Part shown: positions 11,036 through 23,822 of the stretch, one piece after another | How positions within the stretch are numbered: the first letter of the stretch is position 1 | How the letters are laid out: every line of letters begins with the position of its first letter | IMG/VR virus record: IMGVR_UViG_3300033463_000072 | Location: 1 to 64,000 of that record | Length of the DNA: 64,000 nt | Source: a virus | Taxonomy: Duplodnaviria; Caudoviricetes | Strand: one strand, 5' to 3' | Made by a program: the position numbers and the translations under genes | The notes under the pieces: model-generated | Seen by the model: the letters and a program-made list of their open reading frames with translations, nothing else | Told to the model about the DNA's origin: nothing | Database searches by the model: none

Positions 11036-11220
11036 TGATAAAAATTGATATGGAAATGCCGCAGAGCTGTAAAGACTGCAGAATGGTAGATGAAGAATTT
11101 ATATACTGTCATGCTAAAGGTAAAATTCGATCATGGGAATGTTGGGATCAATTAGATAATGGAAAAGATAAGCGTCCAAGTTGGTGTCCGTTAATTGAGG
11201 TAAAAAATGAAAGAGAATAA
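11035..11220 (+). CDS. small Cys-rich phage protein
   Basis: MPQSCKDC...RPSWCPLIEV. Confidence 0.7.
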   Translation: MIKIDMEMPQSCKDCRMVDEEFIYCHAKGKIRSWECWDQLDNGKDKRPSWCPLIEVKNERE

Positions 11221-11413
11221 ATGTAGATTATGTGAAGAATTAGAACCAGGAGATACTTTATATCAATCAAGTAGCTGGGATGGCGGTATTGGATTTGACT
11301 ATATTCGGGATATCCAATACTGTCCACTCTGTGGCTCTAAGTTAATTTCTTGGGACGAGCGCCGCAAAGCTAACAGGGAGGCGCAGAAAGATGAAGCTGA
11401 AGGGAATAATTGA
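11207..11413 (+). CDS. small Zn-finger-like protein
   Basis: CRLC...YCPLCG. Confidence 0.65.
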   Translation: MKENKCRLCEELEPGDTLYQSSSWDGGIGFDYIRDIQYCPLCGSKLISWDERRKANREAQKDEAEGNN

Positions 11414-11870
11414 TTATGATTGCACCAATTATAAACAACCAACGCTTACACTTGAATTTCCATATTGTGATTTCAAATGTGATAAATTAAATGGATGCCA
11501 AGTATGTCAGAATAGCGCGCTGGCGCAAGAGCCTGATATAGAAGTTCGCTGTGAAACTATCTGGAAATTATATTCAGAAAACCCGCTAACGAAAGCATTT
11601 TGTTTTCAAGGTCTTGAACCATTTGATAGCTTTATGGACTTAATGGAATTAATTATATTTATAAGAAAAGATAAACAATGTAATGACCCCATAATAATAT
11701 ATACTGGATTTAATAAGGGAGAAGATATAGCAGTAGAAATGTTCCTAAATCATTATCATAATATTATAGTAAAATGGGGTAGATTCATAATGGGGCATGA
11801 ACCCCATTATGACGAGGTTCTTGGAATTAACCTCGCAAGTGATAATCAATATGCGGAAGTGATAACATGA
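11391..11870 (+). CDS. nrdG: anaerobic RNR activating enzyme (radical SAM)
   Basis: CDFKC..CQN cluster motif, GLEPF, IIIYTGF, KWGRF; linked to nrdD. Confidence 0.85.
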   Translation: MKLKGIIDYDCTNYKQPTLTLEFPYCDFKCDKLNGCQVCQNSALAQEPDIEVRCETIWKLYSENPLTKAFCFQGLEPFDSFMDLMELIIFIRKDKQCNDPIIIYTGFNKGEDIAVEMFLNHYHNIIVKWGRFIMGHEPHYDEVLGINLASDNQYAEVIT

Positions 11871-12064
11871 AGGTACACATTAACCCTGATAAAGAAATTG
11901 TAAAAGCTGTAAAAGAAGCACTAAAAGAAAATGATGGATACTGCCCATGCGTACATGAAAGTTGGGGCAAGGCAGAATATAAGTGCATGTGTGAGGATTT
12001 CCTTAACAACGTACAAGTTGGAAAAACATGCCATTGTGGATTATATATTAAGGACGAGCTGTAA
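11867..12064 (+). CDS. ferredoxin-thioredoxin reductase catalytic-chain-like protein
   Basis: GYCPC...CMC...CHCGLY motif set. Confidence 0.75.
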   Translation: MKVHINPDKEIVKAVKEALKENDGYCPCVHESWGKAEYKCMCEDFLNNVQVGKTCHCGLYIKDEL

Positions 12065-12093
12065 AAAGTTCGTCCTTCATTATTGCAAATACT

Positions 12094-12122
12094 TGACTTT
12101 TTGCAAAAAATCTGTTATAATA
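12094..12122 (+). promoter_or_regulatory. sigmaA promoter
   Basis: TTGACT-17-TATAAT. Confidence 0.75.
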
Positions 12123-12150
12123 AGGTATCAAGAAAAATAGTGGTGATAAA

Positions 12151-13095
12151 ATGATATACGCTATATTTGGATGCCTTATTATAATAGGCTTTTTGGTATA
12201 TAAACTTTACCAAAAACAGCGAATTGATAAAAGTGAGTTAGAAAAATATAATAGTGACTTACTAAATACTAAAGCAGAAAAGAAAATCTTAGATGAATAG
12301 TTGAGTTATGAAAGACAAAAACTTAATGAATGTCGACAAGATATTGAGACTGCGCTTGATACATACAAAGATATTACTGAAACTCGTTTAGGAGAATTAA
12401 ACACTCAAATAGAAGAGCAGCGACAGAAGCGGCAAGAAGATTTAAATAAAGTAATTGAAGCCAAATAGAAAGATGTTGATGATGAAATCTTACGTTTGGA
12501 TGAAATACTAAAAAATACTAAGGCAGAAACAGAGTATGAGGCCGCGCAGTATTGGTATAAAGTACATTTAGAAAAACAAAAATATGAAAGTTTACTTGAA
12601 CCTATTAAACAATATGAAAAAGATAGGCAAGAAAAACTTTTCTATACAATACAATTACCTGAAGAGTTTTAGGAAGATATTGAATACCTATTAACTACGG
12701 TCGCCACGAAAGTACAACATCCAGATATAATAAGTAAATTAGTTTGGGCTGAGTACGTAAAACCAAATCTTGATAATACATTTAAACGTATTGAAATAAA
12801 AACTGAGCCAGGCATTTACAAACTGACAAGTTTGGAGAATGGAATGGCCTATATCGGCAAGAGCACTGATGTAAAGAAACGTATAGCAGATCACTTTAAA
12901 TCAAGTATCGGCATCAAGAGTATAGCTGATCAAGCTGTACATCATGCAATACTTAAAGAAGGATTTTGGAACTGGACGATTGAAGTTATAACTTATGCCG
13001 ATAAAGATCAATTAAATGAACTCGAAAAGTATTATATAGAGTTCTTTAAGACGCAGGAATACGGATATAATAAAAATAGTGGAGGCGGCGGATAA
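12151..13095 (+). CDS. GIY-YIG nuclease with N-terminal TM helix and coiled coil (314 aa, 3 in-frame TAG)
   Basis: ATG 12151 in frame with ORF 12832; in-frame TAG at 12298, 12466, 12670; GIYKLTSLENGMAYIGKS motif. Confidence 0.85.
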
Positions 13096-13099
13096 AGTT

Positions 13100-13519
13100 A
13101 TGACAGATTTAACTAATGAAATAAATGAATCATTTGTAACAGATGATGTAGCAATACAATCAACAGAAGAGATAATTGATCGTTTCGCGGCAATTCATAA
13201 TATGAGCCGTGAAGATGCGATGGATAGACTTAAAGTGGTAAGTACATCTTCACCTACATATACACTTTCTCGTATTGAAAAATATACTGTTGATAAGATC
13301 AATTCTAAAAGAGTGACAATGAATCGTGAACAACGAAGAGCACTTAAAAAGAAAGTTGGCGCAAAGAAATACGCTGAAATGATCGCAGAAGAAGGCGATA
13401 CGGTGGAAGTAATAGTTGAAACCGCGAAGAAACTTAATTATATAGACTTAATTCAAAAACTAAAAAAGATAAATGAGGAGAATGAAAAGAATGGCAAGTA
13501 TAATGACGAAGAAGACTGA
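13100..13519 (+). CDS. hypothetical protein
   Basis: ORF with RBS; MNREQRRA motif common in phage proteins. Confidence 0.7.
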   Translation: MTDLTNEINESFVTDDVAIQSTEEIIDRFAAIHNMSREDAMDRLKVVSTSSPTYTLSRIEKYTVDKINSKRVTMNREQRRALKKKVGAKKYAEMIAEEGDTVEVIVETAKKLNYIDLIQKLKKINEENEKNGKYNDEED

Positions 13520-13712
13520 GGTCTTTAAGGTTGACACCGAAGAAGAAGCTACGGAGATTATCGAAGATTACAAGGCTCGGTCAGTGACCGGCGGCTATAT
13601 CGTATCTAAGACTAAGGTTGATTATAAGACCAAGAAATATCGTAGCGGTGAGCATAAAGGCGAAATTGAGGATGAATGGTGGATGGTAGAAATCACTGTT
13701 TCCTATGAATAA
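13491..13712 (+). CDS. hypothetical protein
   Basis: ORF with GAGGAG RBS, operonic. Confidence 0.7.
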   Translation: MASIMTKKTEVFKVDTEEEATEIIEDYKARSVTGGYIVSKTKVDYKTKKYRSGEHKGEIEDEWWMVEITVSYE

Positions 13713-13725
13713 GGAGTGAATCACA

Positions 13726-14499
13726 ATGAATGAATTGGAGACTTTCATTAAATCAATATAGGAATTACTTAATATTCCAGATGAAACGCTAACTGATGAT
13801 ACTCTAAAAGTTATATTAGAGAATATCAAGCAACAGTTTTCAGAAGCTCAAATTGCTACTAGCGTAAATCAGATTGTTAACAATCTGGAAATGGAAAACC
13901 TTACTAAAGAAGAAGCGAGAAATGTTGTCGAAGTCCTAATTTCTACAATTAAAGAAATGGCCTATGGAGAGCAGGCAGTCACAGGCAACAAAAAAATCTT
14001 AATTGACACTGTACTTAGTAGTATGTTTGATATCTTCTACAAGGCATTAGACAAGTATCATACCTATGCAATCGAACTTCCTATGGTACTAGATGCCGGC
14101 GCAAAAGTGCCGACTTACGCGCATGATACTGATGCCGCTGCAGATTTATATGCGCTAGAAGATGTTACCCTTGAAGGTAATACCAAAGGCAACAAAATTC
14201 GTACAGGTGTAAAGATTCAATTACCAGAAAGTTGGCTAGCTCTTATTATCCCGCGTTCTAGCATTGGCGCAAAGACTCCATTGCGTTTAAGTAATAGCGT
14301 TGGATTAATTGATAGCGGCTATCGTGGTGAACTTGGAGTATTATATGACAATACTTCTGATGAATCATATGACATTAAGGCTGGCGACCGCATTGCACAG
14401 CTACTTATTATGCCAAGCTATAGATTCCAACCAAAAGTAGTTGATGTTCTTGCTTCCTCTGACCGCGGTGAAACAGGTTTTGGGGATAGTGGTAAGTAA
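13726..14499 (+). CDS. dut: trimeric dUTPase with ~125-aa N-terminal extension (TAG at codon 12)
   Basis: AAADL, PRSS, GLIDSGYRGE, RIAQL, RGETGFGDSG; RBS AAGGAGTGA before ATG 13726; in-frame TAG 13759. Confidence 0.9.
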
Positions 14500-15248
14500 T
14501 GGGTAAGATAAACATTTATACGGTGCAAAATGCACTTGAAGCTGAAGGCTGGAAACTTGTAAGTGAAACCTACCAGAATTTAAAGACTCCACTTCAAATG
14601 ATTTGCCCAGCCGGCCACCCACAAGAACAGACATTTGAAACTTGGCGCAAACATAAGCTATGTGATATTTGTCTGGCGGGAGACCCTTATAAGGTCAAAA
14701 AAAATAAAGTACCCAAAAAGGGTACAGAAACTCAGCGTATTCTAGCCTTAGACGCCGCGACTGGTGTTACAGGCTATGCAATATATGATGATAAGGTGTT
14801 AGTGGGTTATGGAACTTATAAAACAAGTTCCACCTTACCCGCAACCGAGCGCATTAATCAAGTAAAGAATTGGTTAAAAGCTGCATTAAAAGAATGGGAA
14901 CCAGACTTCGTAGGTATTGAAAATATTCAGTTGCAGAAGTATGGCGCTTCCGCGGCGCAAGCGCAAGTTAAGACCTTCCAAACTTTAGCAAATTTGCAAG
15001 GAGTTATTTTAGATACCATATTTGAAGCCGGTATCAATAATGACTTAGTATATCCAAGTGAATGGCGCGCTTATTGCGGAATCAATGATGGTGACCAACA
15101 TCGTGACGCTAAAAAGAAAGCAGCGCAAACTAAAGTAAAAGTTTGGTATAGCATGGATTGCTCTGAAGATGAAGCAGATGCAATTTGTATCGGAAAATAT
15201 TTTTGTGGAAAACTAAAAACACATAACTCATGGGGTGAACAGATATGA
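14499..15248 (+). CDS. RuvC-like Holliday junction resolvase with N-terminal Zn-ribbon
   Basis: ILALDAATGVTGY, GIENI, DEADAICIG; C-x3-H and CxxC in N-terminus. Confidence 0.8.
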   Translation: MGKINIYTVQNALEAEGWKLVSETYQNLKTPLQMICPAGHPQEQTFETWRKHKLCDICLAGDPYKVKKNKVPKKGTETQRILALDAATGVTGYAIYDDKVLVGYGTYKTSSTLPATERINQVKNWLKAALKEWEPDFVGIENIQLQKYGASAAQAQVKTFQTLANLQGVILDTIFEAGINNDLVYPSEWRAYCGINDGDQHRDAKKKAAQTKVKVWYSMDCSEDEADAICIGKYFCGKLKTHNSWGEQI

Positions 15249-15637
15249 TTAAAGTAAAAATTCTCCAGCTAATTAATAGCGCGGAAATGTTACAGAAGTT
15301 GTCTAAACAGGACTTTACAGCAAAGCTAGCGTGGAAAATTGCTCGTCTACTAAAAGCCGCAGAAGCTGAAATTCAGAGTTTCAATGAGACTCGTATGACG
15401 CTAATCAACAAGTACGGTGAAAAGGATGAAAATGGGCAGTTAATTACTGATGAAATTGGTAATTGTAAGATTGATGAAGCTAGTGTAGCAGAATTTAGCC
15501 AACAGCTAAACGACCTGCTTGATACAGAGGTAGAGATCAATGCCAACAAGATGAAGATGGAAGATTTGGAGGAAGTTAAATTTACTCCAAGCGAAATCGG
15601 CGTGCTTGAACCCTTCCTCGAAGCGGAAGATGAATAA
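15245..15637 (+). CDS. conserved phage hypothetical protein
   Basis: 130-aa helical ORF ending operon. Confidence 0.7.
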   Translation: MIKVKILQLINSAEMLQKLSKQDFTAKLAWKIARLLKAAEAEIQSFNETRMTLINKYGEKDENGQLITDEIGNCKIDEASVAEFSQQLNDLLDTEVEINANKMKMEDLEEVKFTPSEIGVLEPFLEAEDE

Positions 15638-15638
15638 T

Positions 15639-15680
15639 AAAAAAAGAGACCCTCTCGAAAGAGAGGGTCTTATTTTTTTT
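15639..15680. terminator. bidirectional intrinsic terminator between convergent operons
   Basis: A-tract, AGACCCTCTC-GAAA-GAGAGGGTCT, T-tract. Confidence 0.9.
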
Positions 15681-18600
15681 ATGGATAATAATAGACTGTA
15701 CAAGGAACACGAGATTCTGTCGCGTCAGTAAAGCACTGTACATCAAATATAACACTTGTTGAGTTAGTTGCTGGGAAACCATAAATGTAATAATACAATG
15801 TAGAGTTTTCTCCGCACAAGTTGATTTTACTTGAACCAGTAGTTGTTACCGATGCTGATTCTGGGAATCCATTAACATTACCGGTAGAGTCAGCATAACA
15901 GCGTTCGCCATTTCTAAATGTGATTTTAACATGAGGAACATCGGGGTCTGCTGTACTAATTGGAGAGTTAGCCAAAGTAATAGAAACATAGCTGTTACTA
16001 CTTGCGATTGAACTACCGCGCCAAGAATAAATTGTAGCTTTATACGTATAATAAGTTGAACCATCACCAAAAGCTAAACTTTCTCCATTTTTTGTCGCCA
16101 GCTAATTACTACGCTAAGAGGCCCATGCAACGTCAACATTATCGCCTAAGATAGAACGATAGGAAATCTCTGCGTCATAGAATGGTTTAATTAATACCCA
16201 GTCATGACGTGCATCTGCAGTACCAATATGTAGCGCGGCCTCAATGCTTGCCATTGAACGGCGCCAATAATCCGGATTAGTTGTATCGTTTTCATCAATA
16301 TTAGGTTGCATAATAACAATATCGTCACGGCTCCATTCTTTCTGACCATTAATCATAAGGTGGGCACTGTTTAGAGTAATATTCTTACCGCTCATGCTAA
16401 TACCATTGGAATTAAGTGTAAAGGCGGTAGCATTATTAACCTTTAAACTAATAGAACTATCAGTAAGTTGTAAACTAGTATTGGAAGTTGCACTTTTAAC
16501 ACTTGCCCATATTTCTGCATCGCTCATAGTAAAACTAGATGCCTTATTATCGACACGATTATCTATATAGGTCTATAAGCTGGTGCTATTAATAGTTAAT
16601 GAGTTAACATTCATATCTAACTTACCGTCAGCTGTATATTTTAATACTGAATTGTTACCATTCTTTAACTAGAATACAGTTCCAGTACTAGTTGCATTAG
16701 AACTAATCACCATATTCGGCGTACTTATATTCAATGCTTTGTTAGTTGCAAGAGTAATACCATTATCATTAATTAATACTGAATTGCTACTTGTACTAGT
16801 GCCAATATAAATACTTTTACTAGAAGCTAGCGCAATACCATTATCATTAATTAATACTGAATTATTACTTGTGCTGGCGCCGATATAAATACTCTTACCA
16901 GAAGTGATCTTTAAATCGCCATTTGTATCGATATTACCATTACTGTCAATAGTAAGTATTCCATTATTATTCTTATAGAAACCTATTACTGAGCTATTAG
17001 CTTTGAATTGCGTTCCATTTGGGCCAGTTGCAGTTAATGTAGAAGCATAAACCGAACCATTGACAAACAATCCATTCTTGTTTAGAAGTAACTTAACTTG
17101 TGGATTGCTTGTATAAGGAGTAAAGGTGTTATTAGTTTTCTTTTCAATTGCACCAGATGATACATTATATGCACTATCTTGATCGACATACTGTAGATCA
17201 CTACCAACGGCAAGAATAGTTTCACCGTCAGAGAAGTTACCACTGTTACCTTTATCCTTACTATGTGTTTGTAGTTTAAAGTTGTTAGTATTAAAATAAA
17301 TATCAGCCAAAGAACCAAATTCAAGTCCACTAGCACCACTGATACTAATATAAGAACCACTAGTTTCTGGGTCTGCTCCCGCGCCTAAGCTAATTCCATC
17401 ACTATTTAGAAGAATTACTGCGCGATTTGCATTGGTGCCTGTTGCTAATCCAATAGAATTCTTGGTAATTTTAACACCAGAAATAGAGCCATCTAAAGTA
17501 ATATTTTCATTATCCCCATCGAGTGAAGTAATAGTATTACCTGCAGTAAAGATAATATGCTTTTCAGTAATCTCTGCGGCCGTAGCACTACTACTATTAC
17601 TATTATTCATACCAAAAAGAATATGAGTAGGACTTATTTCCACATTAGCTGAATTGCCAGTATTATTACTTGCAAATAAGCTAATCTTTTTACTAGAGCC
17701 AATCCAAATACCATTTGCGCCATCTAACTCTAATGCCGCTACTGAATTAGCAGCTGTACCTGTGTACATTGTAATCTTAGAGCCGGCCATAGTAATTTCG
17801 GTAGGATGAATTAATACTTTTGCAACATGAGCATCAGTAATATTATTTGTATTATATCCTGCCGCTACAATATTAACTCCACCTACACGGCCATTGGCTT
17901 CAGCCGCGATATTGATAGTTGTACCACCAATATTTACTTCTTTATTACCTACGATATCAACCTTTTCATCTGCCGCGATATACACACTATTGCCAGATCT
18001 AATATTGATTTGGTTCGCGGCTTTAAGATCGACAATACCATCTGCGGCATTAATATCTAACGCTGCTCCAGTAATTGCGGATAAGCTGCCATCCTAGGTT
18101 CTTACAAAACCAGAAGTACCATTAACTCCACTTTCACCGCTAAAAGCAGTAGCAATGTAGTGATTGCCTGTGCCATCAATCCAAATATCACCAGGCTTAA
18201 AGTTGAGAGGTTTAGTTGCAGATTGATGCACCTTAGGAGTTAATTCAGAGATAACTTGGTCAGCGAAACCTTGTAAAATCGCGGCGTTCTTCGCGCTTAA
18301 AGAACGAATATTATGAAGTGCCTTATTAGAGTCACTTAATACCTATCCTGCTTCAGTAAATAGAGAAGCTAATTTATCTTGTACTACTATACTAGAATCA
18401 AAGTAAGAATCTAAATAACTTTGTAGTACCAATGCATTTTGATCAAAGCTATCGACTAATGCCATTTCAGTAAGGCCTACATTACCAACTGAAGCTTCCA
18501 TAATAGCGTCACCTGCGCGTTTTAGTGCTTCAGTTTGCGCTACAATGGTAGAGAATAGATCTTCAAATTTAGTCTTATAATTCTTAATTTCGAGCGTATC

Positions 18601-21600
18601 ATTGGAAGGAGTATCCAAATCAAGTTCAAGCTGAGAGACGTAACCGAATACGTTCTCAAACTTTAACTTAGTATCGTTAATCATTACTATCTATGCAAGG
18701 CGATTGTATAATGTATGACTTAAATTAGGATTTAAGACATTAACATCGATTGTATAAGAGGCCTTTGGATAAGCATTTTCTTTAGATATTTTTAAAGCAT
18801 CTAAATAAATGGATGTATTGGCATTAGATAATACATAGTTAACATATACTTCATTATTAGTATTATATCCTATACGAATTAAAGCCTCTGGCTTTAAAGT
18901 CACATAAAACTCTGGATAGTAATTTCCATTACGTTCAGTGTTTCGTACATTTACATAATAGTCACTATACGCAGTTAAAAGTGTATCGTGATATTTGATT
19001 ATTAAATTGGATGTGTCCGTCTTTAATGATTGAGAAGAGAATTTAATACGTGGAAGTATGATAGGAGTAGTAGCTTTATCCGCACCGGTATTAACTAAAA
19101 TCCAGCTATTTCCAATGTTCTTAACATTGTTGTGAGAAAGTACTACTGCTCCATTAGCTACTGTTGCTTCATATTTTTCTAAGCGTGCTTGACCTGCGTT
19201 ACCAGTTAACCGCGCAAGCTGGTCATCTGGTAAGGTCTACGCGCCTGTAAGTACCAATACGGGAACAATATTGCCTCCATATCTAATAAATTGTATTAGA
19301 GCTTTTGAACCAACACTATAAATTTGTAAATCTTTTGGAGAGTTCCAATTTGCATTATTATTGGCTTTCCATACTACACTATATTTATCTAGGTCAGTAG
19401 GAATGTTTCCATTAAATAATGTATTTAAGTTAATGCAAGGATAATAATGTGCTGTTTGATTTACGCCCATCTCGTAATATAGAGTGAGTTCATCATCAAA
19501 TAGTTTAGTGTCCCAGGCAATAATTGCGGAGTCACCGCTATCAGCAGTAATATTATTAGTAGTAATCTTGCTTGTATACTCTAAGTGATTGCCGTAATCA
19601 TTGTAATTTTCTGGTTGCCAATAACCTTCACGTAAGGCTGGCCCCATTAAGTTCTGGAATTTCTTGACTTCGGCTTCCTTTGCACTAAGAGTATCATCGA
19701 TTTGCTGATATACGTCATCTAATAACTTATATAGACCCTTGTTATACGCTTGTGCAAAAGTCGTTCCATCGGAGTAACAACTTAAATCATATTCTGTATC
19801 AGTAGATGATTTTGGACCAAGTTGTCTCTGATATTCATTATAATGCTCTTGATCTTGATACAATTTAGTAGTCCACATGTCTATTATCTTTTGATAATAT
19901 AACTTTGGATCATATCTGTATAGTACATAAACTAGGCGACCTGTGGAGGATGTAGTATTACTACTGATATTCGCTACAGTACAATATTCTAAGTCATTGT
20001 AATCAATGTCTTCGAAAGCAATATTAGAAGGATTACTGTTCATACCGAACCAATCATTTTTGGCTCTGATTAAATCCCATTCTGCTTGCCGCTCATGTAG
20101 ATCATTACTCCAATCACCTAAATGATTACTATTTGCGACAGCGATCTTTAGAATAAGTTTCTTCTGACCTGCGTCATTTGACATCCACTTGTTCTGCGGA
20201 TAATCATAGATAATTTTATCAAAATAGGCATCAACTTGTGCTTCAGATAATACTGTACCATCTGCGCAAATAGGAGTATAAGCAATATCATAAGTTACAT
20301 TATCTGCCTCAACAGTTATACTTGAAGAGTATAATGTACCATAAGTTCCATCAAAGTCAGTGTAACCGGCCGCGATAAAAGCTGAAGCTGGTACAATCTT
20401 TCGATTGATTAAATCAACATTACCATTATAACCAGAAGGGATATAATAAGTCTTGCCGATTTGTTTCCAGTCGACATTACTGCTACCGATTAATTCACTT
20501 GTATCTAAGAAAGTAATATCAGATAGATTACCATTATCATCTGTATTGATTTTAAACTTAGTAATCTAATTACTTAACATACAACCATTATCAGTAAATT
20601 GTAAGTTATTATAGATTTTAATACTTGCTTCATCAATACCTTTATTGGTTGTCTTTAAGTTAATATACTTTTCGCCAGATTCACGGGTCATTATGACAAA
20701 TTGATCTGGATTTGCGCTGGTTAACTGAATATAACCATCTGCATCTCCATCAACAATATCTAAGGCATTTAACAGATTATTATTCTGTAAAATCTATTCT
20801 TCATCCAAAGCAATAGAGTTCTTTGCAACTGTTGCTTTGCCCTCGATTTCCGGAATCTATAATTCATATGTGTCACGTGTTTGCTGTAACACGATTAATT
20901 CATTGTTAAATTGACGCATCTTGATCTCATAAGGAGTAATAGCGTCATATTGTTCACGAGTAATAGTTCCACTAGAATATAGATAATCAAAATTTAAAAT
21001 ATAATCTTCTCGTGACGCATTTGCAGGAGAGTTCATAATACTACTGTATCCCGACATTGTATCAGGTGAGTCTGCATCCATAACGAATAGTTGAGTGGTA
21101 ACATTCTCACATTCCATTTTACGAGATACTTTCTTTGTAGAATAAGGATATTGGAAGCTATAAATGCCCTCTTCTTCCTGTACAAAATTATTATAGAAGA
21201 TTATAAGTCTGCCGATAATATGATAATTACTATCATATAAGTATTCATAGCGGCAAAATACCTGGAATACCTCAGCAATTTTTTGAGTAACATTGTATAA
21301 GTTACTCTTCTCTGCTTCAACTGCACGCGCCTTTTCACGATAGTTCTCTACCGCAGTTGGGAACAAGTTATTGTTCCAGGCTGTACTAAAAGATTCTTCA
21401 TATATTACATTAGAGGAACGTTGCTCGATAGAAGCTTCGTTTTGGAAAGAACGCCAATTCATGCGGACTTCATAATACCAGACACTTGGAATAATATCAT
21501 CATCATTCTGCGGGCGCGGCAGTAGACCTGCTTGCTCTTCGCACCAATAATTGATATTTTGAATCGGCTCAGTAGTTACCTCTGTGCCGTCTTTTTTATG

Positions 21601-22122
21601 CCAGACTCCGGTATCCGCCCATTCATTATAAACTAACTCAAAATTAGCTTGCGATAGATTTACTTTATAGCCGCGTTTTCCTAATTCTTGGAAGAACATG
21701 CCATCACATTCAATCTCACAAGTTAAAACATCCTCTTCATGCTTATCCTCAACGTTTATAATGAGAAACTCAAATACTCGTTCATCATCAGTCTGCTTAT
21801 TAAATATAACTTTAATTTTACGCAGACCTTTAATAATATTGCCATTACGTGTATTATACCAATTAGGATTCTCTACTAATTCTCCTTTCTCGCGATAATA
21901 CATAGGAATTGAGAATGTTAATTTCTCAGTTCCATCAATATTGATAGTCATTATAGGATGTTCTATGCGTCCTTTTTGCTCCACATCGGACCACTTTAGG
22001 ACGGTGATAAACTCGTCCTAAAGCGTCCATAGGGAGACTTCATAACTACGAACTTCTTTTTTTAGTATGCCGCGGTCATAATACTATTCAAGCATTAAGG
22101 CTTTTTGTTCATTCGTAATCAT
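15679..22122 (-). CDS. large tail/baseplate hub-fibre protein (~2147 aa with TAG read-through)
   Basis: Seven ORF-track fragments (15679, 16114, 16669, 18343, 18691, 19237, 20857) share one frame; gaps checked contain only TAG; RBS AAGGAGGAG before ATG 22122; beta-rich repeats with SISL/ITL. Confidence 0.8.
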
Positions 22123-22146
22123 GTTCTCTCCTCCTTTTATCTCTTA

Positions 22147-23814
22147 TTATAAGTACATATTTTTGTAAAGAATAGATATATTTTCCAACGGTACACGGCA
22201 GTTGTGATATAACTTATGTGAATATTCTTTATGGCCACTAGTCCATGCAGAAATTGTACCATGCGCCGCATTTGGCTGGTTTCTATCCCTAAGAATTATG
22301 TAGTTTGAGCGCAACATATCTCCAACATCTTCTGTTACAGTTGTCAAAACAGTTGAACCATTATTCTAAATTACTTGATAACTAAACGTACCAAGTGCTT
22401 CGCCAGTTTCGCTATTAAATGTAAACGTTACTGGCTAAATTACACCATTATTCTTTAAGAAATTCCACATATTTTGACGTAAAGTCGCGGCTAAACCCGC
22501 AGATCTAATGTTTGTGGAATTAGTTGGTAGATCGTCTAATATCTTATTTGCCCATGCGCGGACTTGTGGGTGACGTACTTCATCTCTAATAAGTTCACGC
22601 ACTTCTTCCCAAGATTTTGTAGTGGTAGTTGTAACATTTCTTAAGAAGAGCGAAATTACTTTATTAAAACTTGTATATACATTAGGAGTTGTAAAGCGTA
22701 ATTCCTGCTTATTAAGACTTTCTACTGTAAATGTGCTATATTCTAAATTGCTTCTTGGGACATAAGAATTAGCAGGTGTATTAACATACATATTAGTACC
22801 ACTATCTCCAGGGGTTAAAGTAAAGGAGATAATAGTAGGCGCTGGAGCGGTACCAGAGTAATAGAAATAACCATTCGATCCGCTAGAAAGCGAATAAAGT
22901 CCATTCCCGTCATCTTGAATAATTGCGCCTGCAATATATCCTCTGGTATAAGGATAAGTTGCATCATCTGGCTCAATTCGTGCGCCAGTACCATCGGGTT
23001 CTCCATTAGTAAATGTGATATCCTCATAACGAGCGATACTCCATATTTTACAGAGTTCGTTATCTTCTACGTTTGCATACGCGCCATTACCTAATAGCAT
23101 ATTATTCTGAATCATACTACCAAGCGGGATGCCGTCTTCATATAGAATCTTGAGTGCATCGGCGGAAGCAAAGATACTTACTTCATTACCATTTACATCA
23201 TCGTAATAATCAACATAACGATCATTCCGCTTCTTACCTAGGATATTCGTAAGAGAATACCAATGCGGCTGATCCATAACAAACTTTAACTCAATTGTAC
23301 CTTTATATAAAGTTGTATGAATGGTATGAGTATTATCAGAAATTAGTATATCAACAGTAGATTCAAAAGGTAATAGATCTAAATGTGGAGGCTCCGATAC
23401 ACGCGCAAGAATCGCTCTATTAGGATGTTCGGCTAATACAAGCTCTTTAGTTTCGCCAGCCTAGAACCAATGTAAAAAGTTATCAAGGTTCTTTTGATCA
23501 ATTCCATCAGTAGCTAGTGTAAACTCCATAGTATTAGCTTCATAATGCGTTCCCCAATACTATTGTCCATTTAATACTTCATAAGAAGTTGTAATATCGT
23601 TAAATGGCGCGAATCCTTCTCGATTTAAGCTATTATTAACTGTTGTAGCGATTAAATCAAAATCTTCAATCTTTTTACCACCAAATGTAAAACTGATAAA
23701 AGAACGATTCATAAAGGGGAGGGTATTGCCCTCCCCATCATGAGTCGCCTAATATACTTGGGAACGTTTTACAGTTGTGGCTACTTCTTGTCCATTTAAG
23801 ACTTCAGTAATCAT
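22147..23814 (-). CDS. distal tail (Dit-like) protein, 555 aa with TAG read-through
   Basis: SFISFTFGGKKIEDF N-terminus; position after tape measure; fragments 22147 and 22435 in frame. Confidence 0.7.
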
Positions 23815-23822
23815 AACTCATT

